Origin: Candidatus Falkowbacteria bacterium RIFOXYC2_FULL_36_12
GTDB lineage: Bacteria; Patescibacteriota; Patescibacteriia; UBA11705
Direction of reading: 5' to 3'
Assembly (NCBI GenBank): GCA_001778235.1
Contig: MFGJ01000007.1
Location: forward strand, 193,476-257,475
Length of the DNA: 64,000 bases
Below, in pieces: positions 48,610 to 59,000 of this stretch. A program made the position numbers and the translations under genes. The notes beneath the pieces were generated by a model. It saw only the letters and a list, made by a program, of their open reading frames with translations. It made no database searches and had not been told where the DNA came from. The number at the start of each line of letters is the position of its first letter. The stretch's first letter is position 1.

Positions 48610-49281
48610 ATGGACATCAAGAAGCGCTTCGTTCTTTTCATCATGGTCTTCGCTGTCATGTCGCTGGCGGTCGCCTGCGACACGCCCAGCGGAGATCAGA
48701 ACAACGACACGGTCGCGGGCGCCGACAACGGCACCGTGCCCCCTGACACGGGCAAGACCGACAGCGGTCAGCCCGTGGATTCCAGCCCGCCCGATGACTC
48801 GGGTGGGGAGCTGTGCTCGGGAGAAGAGGAGCTCTACAGCTACGAGATCTGGGATGACCACGCTGGAGACAGGGGTCTCGGAGGGTTCGTCATGCTCGAC
48901 TACTGCGTCTCGCAGGAGCTGTACGAGCTCCTGACCGTGACGCTACCCGGAATCTGGGTTCAGACCGATCCCCCGCTCGACAGAATGGGTCGCGAGTGGG
49001 AGCCGTTCGAGCTCACGGTGAAGCCAGTCGAAGCTGACTTCGAACTGCGGGCCCAGGCTACCTGCCCGAACGCGGACTTCTACCTCGAAGGAGGTGATTT
49101 CAGTCTGTGTATTGAGGATGATATGAGCCTCAACCTCTGCACGGACAGGCAGGCTTGCCAAGGTGTTTTCAACGGCTATGTCGAAGCCGATACAGTACAG
49201 TTTTTCAAGTCAACTGAAATCTCTCTGACTTATGAATTTTGTACAAGTACATGTAACACTCGTTCATACAAGAAGCTGTAA
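48610..49281 (+). CDS. Orphan Cys-rich lipoprotein with a GC-rich 5' half, SD-led
   Basis: LAVAC lipobox; TTGACA-17-TATCAT promoter; GAAAGGAG SD; terminator about 49287-49320. Confidence 0.8.
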   Translation: MDIKKRFVLFIMVFAVMSLAVACDTPSGDQNNDTVAGADNGTVPPDTGKTDSGQPVDSSPPDDSGGELCSGEEELYSYEIWDDHAGDRGLGGFVMLDYCVSQELYELLTVTLPGIWVQTDPPLDRMGREWEPFELTVKPVEADFELRAQATCPNADFYLEGGDFSLCIEDDMSLNLCTDRQACQGVFNGYVEADTVQFFKSTEISLTYEFCTSTCNTRSYKKL

Positions 49282-49498
49282 ATATTAAAGTGTAATACTA
49301 AATTGTGTTATACTTTTTTTGTTTTGAAGATATATTACTTGTTTTGCCTGTTGGCTGTGCGAACAAGCGGACGAGGCGAACTAATCGTCCAGTGAATTGC
49401 TCCACAATTCTGGTATGCCGATAGCTAAATCATTAATTAAACTATTATACAACAAAAGCTGAATTTACAACTTTTGTTTTTTTATCTATAATTAAACT

Positions 49499-49936
49499 AT
49501 GCGAAATTTATTATCAAACGAATCAGATTCAAAAAAACTGCAAAGAGCATGGGACTTAGATCAGAAGGCTTTGTTTTTGGCAGACAAAGATATCCAAAAA
49601 AAACTTTGGTCAGAAGCTATAAATATCTGCAAAAAATTACTAAAAAAATATGGGAACAATTTTCCAGATAATTTACAAATAATATACAAAATATTTTTAA
49701 TTTATCTACATCAGAAAAAAATTTTACTCGCAAAAAGATATATTGATAAAGCCTGGAATTTAGATAAAAATAATCCCATAACACTATTTAACTACGGCAA
49801 TTTTTATAGGGCGATAAATAAACCCAAATTGGCAATAAAATATTACGAATCAGCATCAAAGAAAAGTAGTACTAAAATCTTTGGAGAAGAATTAAAAAAA
49901 TATCTAACTTTTATAAATAAAAACAAAAAAGGATAA
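49499..49936 (+). CDS. TPR-like helical repeat protein
   Basis: AKRYIDKAWNLDKNNP and YGNFY...LAIKYY patterns. Confidence 0.72.
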   Translation: MRNLLSNESDSKKLQRAWDLDQKALFLADKDIQKKLWSEAINICKKLLKKYGNNFPDNLQIIYKIFLIYLHQKKILLAKRYIDKAWNLDKNNPITLFNYGNFYRAINKPKLAIKYYESASKKSSTKIFGEELKKYLTFINKNKKG

Positions 49937-50067
49937 CACAACTTTGTATTATCCTTATCTTTTATGACATTTATTACAACTGCTTGTCGGATCCAGTAAA
50001 ATAACCCCTATTTGTACAATCTTCAAACCAAAGGTGATATTGGAAGACTTGGATAAGTTGAAATTAC

Positions 50068-50148
50068 TTAATGAACAAGGTAACAACAATGTTGCATCAG
50101 ACAAGACTTTGTAGTGTTTCTTTTTTTCCTGGATTTGGCTCGCTTCAT
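50068..50148 (-). CDS. 26-aa peptide MKRAKSRKKRNTTKSCLMQHCCYLVH, candidate RiPP precursor
   Basis: ATGA overlap with the radical SAM stop codon; GAGGAAAGGGG SD; hand-translated, below the ORF-track size cutoff. Confidence 0.5.
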   Translation of the reverse strand: MKRAKSRKKRNTTKSCLMQHCCYLVH

Positions 50149-51404
50149 TGCGTTCCCCTTTCCTCTTGTCTAAGGGTGTGCCAGAAAATTGTTTTATACA
50201 TAAACTTCAGAACTTCACAGTAAGGATCTTTATTATCATCCATCAGTTGATATCTATCAATACATCCTCCGCAACATAACCAACCAAAATCACAAAGCCT
50301 ACAATCATCTTGCTTTTGATAATTAAATCTATTTACTGTATCAAATCTATTTTTTATCTCCGAGAGAGGTAGATGACCCACCTCCCCGAGTTTCATTTGA
50401 TGATTATCTACAAAATTTGTGCAAGGATAAATACCAGAAGGAGCAAGACAACAATTATTAATAGCAGCATTACAAGTATGCATCATATGTGGCTCTAACA
50501 CTGTCTGTTTAATTCTGTAAAATTCATTGAAAAATGCTTCTGGGACTTTTCCTTCACACCACAAATCTAGACACTTGCTAAAAACAGAAATCAATTCATC
50601 TTCTAATAAAACATATTTTTCCCAAAAATCACTAGCTCGCCCCCCTCTTTCCAGAAAAACAAAGTGTAGACCCAATAGATTATGCCTTAAACACCAATCT
50701 ATCATATCTTCAACTTCTTTAACATTATACCTTGTCAAAACCATACTTATCCTACATTCAATTCCACAATTCAACATTTCAATTATTTTCCTTTGAACAG
50801 CCGAACTGGCAACCCCTCTTAACATATAATTGACATCATCCTTCAACGAATCAAGTGATACCTGCAAGCTAACCTTATTATTTGCTAAAAATAGTAGTTG
50901 TTCATTGCTAAGGTTAACGAGACCATTCGTTAAAATCCCGAAATTCACTATTCCTCGTATTTTTGATTTTTCAATTATGTCTTGAACTACCCCCCACTCT
51001 AATAGTGGTTCTCCACCAGTAATTGTTATTGACTTAGTATCTTCTTTTGATAATTCGTCTAAAAACCAATCAATATTTTTTGGTGAAACAACTGGATAAT
51101 CAGAATTAGTACAACTATATCGACAATAACTACATTTTAGATTACATTTATTGCTTACATGGATTGATGCTCCTCTTATTGGAGTAGCATATTCGACTTC
51201 ACCATAAAGTGTATCCTGAACATCCTCTAAATAATCCAATATCTCTTCTATGGTTACATTTTCTTTTTTTGCTAAATTTGCTAAATCACTTTCGCGCTCT
51301 TGCCAAATTCTCAAACCTTGTTTATTTGTAAAGTACCAGACTCTTCTGATCGGATCTATAATAGCAACATCATCTTCTCTGAATAAATAAGTTAAATTCA
51401 CCAT
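50145..51404 (-). CDS. Radical SAM protein with SPASM domain
   Basis: CNLKCSYC, TGGEP, SLDS, IYPC...CRLCDFGWLCCGGC...DPYC. Confidence 0.93.
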   Translation of the reverse strand: MVNLTYLFREDDVAIIDPIRRVWYFTNKQGLRIWQERESDLANLAKKENVTIEEILDYLEDVQDTLYGEVEYATPIRGASIHVSNKCNLKCSYCRYSCTNSDYPVVSPKNIDWFLDELSKEDTKSITITGGEPLLEWGVVQDIIEKSKIRGIVNFGILTNGLVNLSNEQLLFLANNKVSLQVSLDSLKDDVNYMLRGVASSAVQRKIIEMLNCGIECRISMVLTRYNVKEVEDMIDWCLRHNLLGLHFVFLERGGRASDFWEKYVLLEDELISVFSKCLDLWCEGKVPEAFFNEFYRIKQTVLEPHMMHTCNAAINNCCLAPSGIYPCTNFVDNHQMKLGEVGHLPLSEIKNRFDTVNRFNYQKQDDCRLCDFGWLCCGGCIDRYQLMDDNKDPYCEVLKFMYKTIFWHTLRQEERGTQ

Positions 51405-51435
51405 CTTTTCTCCTCTTTTGCGGATTGGATGAATA

Positions 51436-52032
51436 TTATATAATATCTTTCAAGTACTGCATAAACGATTTTTTCTGTTGATGGGCATATTTTATCATAT
51501 ATAATAAATTCATAAATGATGCTAAACTTGACTCGGGTAGATAACAAATTTCTCTATCACCTATTTTTGTGAATCCTTTTTTATTTTTTTGTGGTGATAA
51601 TATTCCATACAATATTTCATTTTGTTGTTCAAATATTATTTCGTATATACATATATATTCTATACTGTTTTTTCTCAACCATTTAGATGCGTCAACAATT
51701 ATTTCATTCACAATTCTATTTATCTTTTTTGGCAGATAATTTTTGTCTAATTGGCACAGATGTTCCGATTCTGTCATTATTTTTTGGACTTTTTTTATTG
51801 GTGCTAATTTTTTCGGTCTAATTAATACCTGTAAACCATTTTTAAGGTATTTATTCATTTTCATTTCCAATTTATCAATATCATAATCTCCTACAATATC
51901 ACATCTAACAACAATAGGATATTCAACAAATGGAACTATTACCCACTCCAAAATTTCTATCTGTTTTTCATCAGACAAAATTTTGGCAATGTATTTTGAT
52001 ATTTTTCTATACTTCGTGTATATTTCTGTCAT
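51436..52032 (-). CDS. Hypothetical protein upstream of the radical SAM gene
   Basis: Open frame; likely start at ATG 52032 (MTEIY), downstream of a TTGACA near 52143. Confidence 0.68.
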   Translation of the reverse strand: MTEIYTKYRKISKYIAKILSDEKQIEILEWVIVPFVEYPIVVRCDIVGDYDIDKLEMKMNKYLKNGLQVLIRPKKLAPIKKVQKIMTESEHLCQLDKNYLPKKINRIVNEIIVDASKWLRKNSIEYICIYEIIFEQQNEILYGILSPQKNKKGFTKIGDREICYLPESSLASFMNLLYMIKYAHQQKKSFMQYLKDII

Positions 52033-52376
52033 AAAAAAAGATACGAAAAGTATCCCATAAATTAAATAAACGAATTTTGATATTAATAGAAAGCTTGAGC
52101 ATATCTTCAATATTATATTATCTATTTGGGTATTTTTTGTCAAATGAAACTCCAACAGACTACGCTGATGGTATCTAACATTATTACCAGCCAAGCACCT
52201 CTTTTGGCATCTTGAAGCTTAATTAATCTATTACGAATACCAACACGAAGCCAAAAGGATATAATATACCTTCCAGCTTACGCTGGTGGTTTTGCAAAGG
52301 CATACAGACAAAACAACCAATGAGAAGAGCGCTCCTTGATGAATTATTTAAACAATAGTAGGGAAATTTTATGTCC

Positions 52377-52844
52377 CTACTTTTTTGACTGCATAATTTT
52401 TCTATATTCTTCAAATGGGATTAAACCATATTTACTTCTTCGTTTATCTAGATTTTTTTGGTCAATAATTGGTCTGGGGACAACAATACCGAAGTCATCT
52501 TGATAAAATTGTGTACCAAATTTTTGTTTTTTCCCTTGGTTTATTAAAACACGATCAGTCAACATGGCTATTAAATTCTTTGGGGAATTATTTTCCGCCA
52601 TCAATTTCAAACATTTTTCTTGGAAAGAAACATCATGGTCAGCGTGTTGTGCGATTAGCCAGGTCGCTGTCTCGCCTTCAACGCCTACCAGTTTACGGAT
52701 AGGCCAGCCGTATTTAACTATAATCTTCTTTAATTTTTCTGTATTTTCTTTGTCAACAGCTATATCCCATTTTTTGCTCTGCCTCATTTTCTGATCTTTT
52801 GTTTGCATCCGCAGTAATTGTTTTCGGAGTTGTTGGTTCTGCAT
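52377..52844 (-). CDS. DUF6624-like protein
   Basis: DQ..R, YGWP, WLIAQHAD, LTDRV, QKFGTQ, RRSKYGL. Confidence 0.85.
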   Translation of the reverse strand: MQNQQLRKQLLRMQTKDQKMRQSKKWDIAVDKENTEKLKKIIVKYGWPIRKLVGVEGETATWLIAQHADHDVSFQEKCLKLMAENNSPKNLIAMLTDRVLINQGKKQKFGTQFYQDDFGIVVPRPIIDQKNLDKRRSKYGLIPFEEYRKIMQSKK

Positions 52845-53021
52845 ATAATAGTATTATATACAAAAAGGTGTAATAGTCAAAAATTCTTTTTTTATAAATG
52901 ACTCTGCAAAAAACTTTTTTAAGGATGTAATGAATTAAATTCTCTGATGAATTTCATTCATAATGCTCAATCGAAAGAACGCATTCATAATGCGTTCTTT
53001 TTTATATAGAAACTTATTTTT

Positions 53022-56000
53022 TTACGGTTTTATTAAGATTCGTCCAGCAAAGCGGGTCCAAGGCTCTGGGGCTGTTCTTGAACATTCACCTTCATAACAT
53101 CCATCGGTGACCCAGGTAGATTTCTGATGGCCACATGATCCATTGCACCAACCCCAGCTGTCTTTAACCTGAACCTGCGGAATAAATTGGCAGGCTTGTT
53201 CGGTGGCATTCCAGCAATTTGAGATGACGCTACCACTACAGACCCGGTCACCCTGTCCCTCGCAGGTGTATCGATGTTCAAATTTGAAAAATTCTTGAGG
53301 ACTGCAGGCATCGGTTGTATCACCAAAAACATCATATTGAGTACCAAGACATGAAGTGCCGACAGGACAATCTGTTGTTTCGCGACAAGCATAATCTGGA
53401 ATATATTTTCCAGCATTATCAATTTTACAACGCTGGAGCAATTCACCGGCTAATTGCTGGCAAACTGGTTTGTGATTTTTCAATTTACCTTCATCCAAGC
53501 CAACGACTGTGCTACCATCATTCCAATCAACCAGAACTGAAGTTATTGGCATTTGATTGGAGTTGGCCCAAGCATAGAATGTCATCTGGGCAGAATAATC
53601 CTCGCCTGAATAACGAATATCGCCTCGAGATTGAGTACCAATACTGATGGTATTAATATCAGCGGCTGAAGTTTCATTGCCAGTAATCGGATCAGAATTA
53701 CCGGTAAAGACAACTCCGGCAACAATTGGAGGCTGATGTGAATTGGTTAAGGCAAAATCACCAGCGACTGGCATAGAACCAGCAAGATTCACATATTTAT
53801 CATTTTGATATATCCATCGATTATAAACATTGGCAAATAAATTGTTGATGAAGACACTATAGCCTGATGACTTGGTAACATTGTCGCAATTGGCTGTTTC
53901 TCCACCTTCACAACTGATTGGCTTACCGGCTGTATGGGCATTGTTGCCTAAGCCAGCGAAAAATGGTGTACCACCTGGATTTTCAGCTAGATCAGTGCCA
54001 TCATCATTGGTTGAGTCAAATGGGACATAGACAGGATCACCTTCATCTGTACTAACAGCAGAACCATAGGCACTACCAAATGGGTTTAAGGCAGTAGTTG
54101 GAGACAAGCCGTATTCAAGAGATCTGGTAGTCGCGTCCCACAATTTATCATGGGTTGCTCCAGACTCTAGTACAAGGTTATCCCCAGTCTTTAAATATTT
54201 ATAGAAATTGTCAGTATAAGCTTTGTTACTACCAAGAGCATCTTCTTCTACAACCTGAATAACATCCTGACAATATTCACCTTTTAATAAATCAAGGGTA
54301 AAATCCTGCCAACCAATACTGTTGGAATCATCGCAGATAGAAGCCCAGACACCTTTGAACTGATCATTTTCATCAAACAGCACTCTAACACCGAAATAAT
54401 TATCCTCACCCCAACAATGACTGTTTATCTGCCGAGCACTTTGAGCTAATGTATTATAGTTACAATAACCAACTTGGCTCTGGTCTGACTGACAGTACCA
54501 AATAGTTTCTCCCTCAACTTGTTGGTTGGCATTATTGTTGCAAGGGAATTGAGCTGGGTTTAGGTCATAATCTGTAGCTGGATTACACTGAACATTGGAA
54601 CAGTAGTTACCATAATAACTGTCCTTAATACATTTTCCATTGCCACAATCATTATCTTCGGTACAGCCTTGTGATGACCAATTTACACCATGCAAGACAC
54701 CTGCTGGAATAGGCTTAAAAACATCTTCTGCATCACCAAGAACTTCATTGGTAATCAAATCTTTATTTTCTACTCCTCCATCCTTGACAAACATGAGATA
54801 TTTATCATCATCAAATTCACCAAGTTTCTTGCCACTGCCACCATATTGATAGAGGGTGTCACTCTCAAGGAATCGGCTGGAGACAAAATCTTTTTCAGAC
54901 CAAGTAATCTGCCAATAAGTCCATTGACGATATTTGTCTTGATCACGAGTGAAATTGTAAGTCGAGAGATTGCCTGTGACCAAAGTATTTGGAGCTGAAC
55001 CACTTGGATTAATAGACCGAGCTGATTTTTTGAAGAAATTGTAACCTTGAAAGTCTTGGCTGTGACTTTTTTCATACCAGGTTGTAGCTGATTCACCTTC
55101 GCACCAATCTTCGTCTTGACCTTCATTGCAAGCAAAAGAAAAGCCTATTAAATCTTGTTTATAAAGAGGTTCACCACTATAACCAGTGAAATATTCGCGA
55201 TAATCATTGCCACCTGAAGGGATATAATAACGATAATCATCAAAAATCCTGGCTCGATAGGAAATCGGATCTTCGTACGGTGTATCATCTGTTTCTAATC
55301 CGGCTGCACCGAGACAGTATAAACGACCACCATCATTTTCAAAAGCATTTGGATCATAACCAGCTTCATCATACTGGGCATATAGATCCTGAAGACCGGA
55401 CAATGAATCAACAGGATACCAGGACAAACAAGCGGTGTCGCCCTGCCCACTAAGTTTGAGACTGCCATCTCGTTCAAGACAATATCCCTGCATGCCAAGA
55501 TATTTTACCCGATCAATATCCTTCTTCATACACATACCGAGCTGTCCACTGTCACTGCAGTCATATGATTCGCACATTGTACTTCGATCAATAGCATTTC
55601 TGGTAATGTTGTCATCCTCTGTAATCAGACCAGCGCAAGCACATTGCCTATCTGGAATATCCTGACAAAAGCCGACTTTGTCAGTTTCAATATATTGGCT
55701 GATTGAATTTGGAAAATATTTGTCTATATATCCGCCACCAAAACTAACCTTGGTATAAGCACAACCGCAGGCAAAATTTTCATCGCCTTCGCAGGTCAGA
55801 ACATTTTCATAGGCTTGGGCAGTTTGATTGCCTAACTTTTTAACACTGGCATTGAATGGAGAGTCTGCCTGCGGATAAGCTCGGCATTCAGCAGAACTGG
55901 CGCTGATAATATCAGCGGTAGCAACTCCTTCAACGCAAACATCACCAAGACAGCGACGGCCAGCTCCGCAGGCGTCATCTGAAGTACATGTTTGACTAGT

Positions 56001-59000
56001 AAGATGAACCAGACGATAGTCTTTTGGTAGAGCATTGTCACGAGCATTTATATTGTAGGAATTATAAAATTGTAGTGGATATCTATTTGAAATAGAATAA
56101 CCACTGTAATCAAGCTGTCCCCATGAAACTCCCTGCGTTCGGCGGACTTGAGTATAATTGGTTGCATTTAATAATTGATTGGTTGTAAGGAGTGAATCTG
56201 ATGGACCCTCACTGACAAAATGACTACATTGACCAGTATTCTCTGCCTCACCAATAGCATCACAAAGGCCAAGTCCCTGACAGACGAATTTCGAAGTGTT
56301 GGTAACTGGATCAAAAACAGTTTGTCCGCTCTTGCAGTCATACCATTCTGCACATTCGCGATCACGGACAACTTTTATTATACGATTTGAATCCTGAAAA
56401 ATATTAGCTTCATTGGCAGCGTAACACAAGACAGACTCATAAGTACATTGATTAACTCCGACTGGGCCAGCACTGGCACTCGGGGTTGTCCCGAGCAGTG
56501 CGAAAACGCTATTTGTAATTGCAGTTCTTTCTACGGAATTAGTGTCTGGTTGGTTAAAAATAGCTCTGACCTCTGGGCAATAATTTGTGTGCAGAGAGCA
56601 ATCAATATTTAAATTTTCTAGTAGTAATTTCAAACCTTGGAGTGCCTGATCAGTGGAATTGGCAAGAGGAGAAACACCTCGACCACCATCAGCAGAACTG
56701 GCTTCATAGGTTGAAGCAGAATTAAACAAAAGCTGATTAAATCCTTGGGCATTTTTGACAGAAGTGTCATTGAATAATAGACAGCCATCTTTTTCACTAA
56801 CAGTAGAGCAAGACTGGATGTCTTCATTGTTTAAATAATAATAAGCTGAACCTTTGGTTGAGCCACCTTCAACATCAACTGGATCAAGAAAAGCAGTACA
56901 TGAATCATATTTACTCTTGCATTGACCAACCCAGCCATCATAGGTGGCAGTACTTGAATGCAATAAATGACCCGTGCCATCAGCGTAATAATCAAAAGTT
57001 CCAGACGGACAAGAATCTTCAGTGCCTGTGACGAACCAACCTTCATTGCCGTCAGAACCTACCTTGTATTCACAAGTGCGTTCACCCGGCTCCTTGAAAT
57101 AATAAGTGTTGTTGTCAGAAGTAGTAAATTCATCACAGCGATTATCTCTGCCGAGGCATAAGTATTTATCAAGATTATCAAAATCTAATTTGAAAAAGTT
57201 AGTAGCCCAATTATCAGACTCTATTTGATTGTTCTGATCATAATTTGGGACGCCGAGCATGGTACAACCAATACCAAATACTTTACACCTAACATCATCA
57301 GATAGGACTAAGTACATCAAATTGTCTTGATCGGTTGTAAAGGCTCCATTGTCATTATCATAAGATTGACTAAATGGGTTAGTCGAATTTTGGGTATCAA
57401 TAACTGCTTGACAGCCAACTGCTGACTGACGGCAAATATTGCGAAAACCTCGAAGTGTCTGACTGCCGGCAACACTACTTTCAAATTCACGACAACCAAG
57501 CTGGGCTTGTGGCAAATATTGTTTGGACAAGGTCTGATCGCAAGCTGTCGGAGTTGACCAACTATTAGTAATCAAATAATGTGTATCGCTAAGTCTCTTG
57601 ACTTCAATACTATCAAAATAAATCGTGCCACTATTTGATTGGATATTTATTTCATTAACCGCTTCGGTTGGAACAAATATGGCTGTATCATAATGTAAAA
57701 ATTGTGTCTGATCAGCCGGAGTTGACTGGATTTCCACCCTTGACTCAAGGCTTGAGCTACCAAGATTAATATCAGCTCGGGCAGTTGAACCAGGGCTCTC
57801 TGCCCAGAAGGAAACAATATATGATTCACCTGGAATAAGGGAGTTTGATAATCTACGACCGGAGGTTTGGCCAGAAGTGAGCTTCAATGATTTTCCGCCA
57901 TTGATTGAAGACCGTTGACTGATTTCTCCTCCAGTCCAGATTGTACTGGCATCAAAAGTGTCATTTAACAATTGGTCAACATCATTGGCTGTATTACCGC
58001 GGTATTCACGACAGCCAGCATTTGATTTATCACATGACTTGCTAAAATCAGGGTTAGCCCAGAAAACACACTCATTGTCAGCTCGCCATTCACCACCTCG
58101 ACTAGTGCATTGGATCTCTGCATCATATTTAAGTGTTCGGCGGTATGGATGACAATTTTGGCTACATAAAACTAAATTATCTAAAATATAATATGAAACA
58201 TTGCCATTTTTATCATAAAGTTCACGGCATTCAGGAAAATTTATTGGGTCAAAAGTTGACGGACTACATTCACGAGTTATAGGCGACTTCTGGACGACTT
58301 TTGGTACAGAATTATTCATCTCAAACTGATGTGCCTGGAGTTGATAACCAGAAACATCGGTTCCGACCCAAGTATAATAAGTGCCACAACTTGTATCGGT
58401 TTCAGGATTGTCTGATTTTTTGCAAAGTCTAAGATCAGAATAATATTCAGTTCCTTCACCACCTGCATCTAAATCATCTAAATTGGTAAATTCTTCACAA
58501 CTGACTTGATTAGCTGAACAGCTTTCAGCAGTTGATGGCATGAAATATAATGGGAACTGGGTTGAAACAAAATTTGTAGAGGCCTGGGAATAAGTCGCAT
58601 ACCCAACACACTGTGAAGGACAGAGATCTTCTGGTGAAGCAACAGCGGTAACGCTGGTGCCACCATCGGTTGGATTGAAGAGCTGACAGCCAACTTCTTC
58701 AGCGGCACAAAGCTCGGCAAAGTCAGAACATTTTTCTGAATTATTACTTGTTTTATCAAGAATATCTGAAACATTAACTGGGGTATACCAAGTTGTTTCA
58801 CCTTGTCTTATCCCACGACTAAAGGCTGGATCAGTATATAAAGCTGAATCATAACAGCCATAATAATCAGGAGCAATTTTGATAAAATCCAAACCAATAG
58901 TCCCATAATCACTGTAATCATAAACTTCAAATGGACTGACTGCTTCTGAAATTTGGACTTCATCAATGACTGAACTCTCAATGCCTGAAAAACGCATTCC

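Noticed and set aside
49340-49425. c-di-GMP-I riboswitch-like GGCAUACC...GGACG on the minus strand
   Set aside because: Lacks the GNRA loop and GCAAAG motif, and has no downstream gene on that strand
49953-50105. Alternative-frame TTG ORF ending SSCNKCHKR (CxxCH) downstream of the rSAM gene
   Set aside because: No ATG or SD and no signal peptide; the ATG frame at 50148 is better supported, though this frame is worth rechecking if a frameshift error exists in the A-run near 50121-50127
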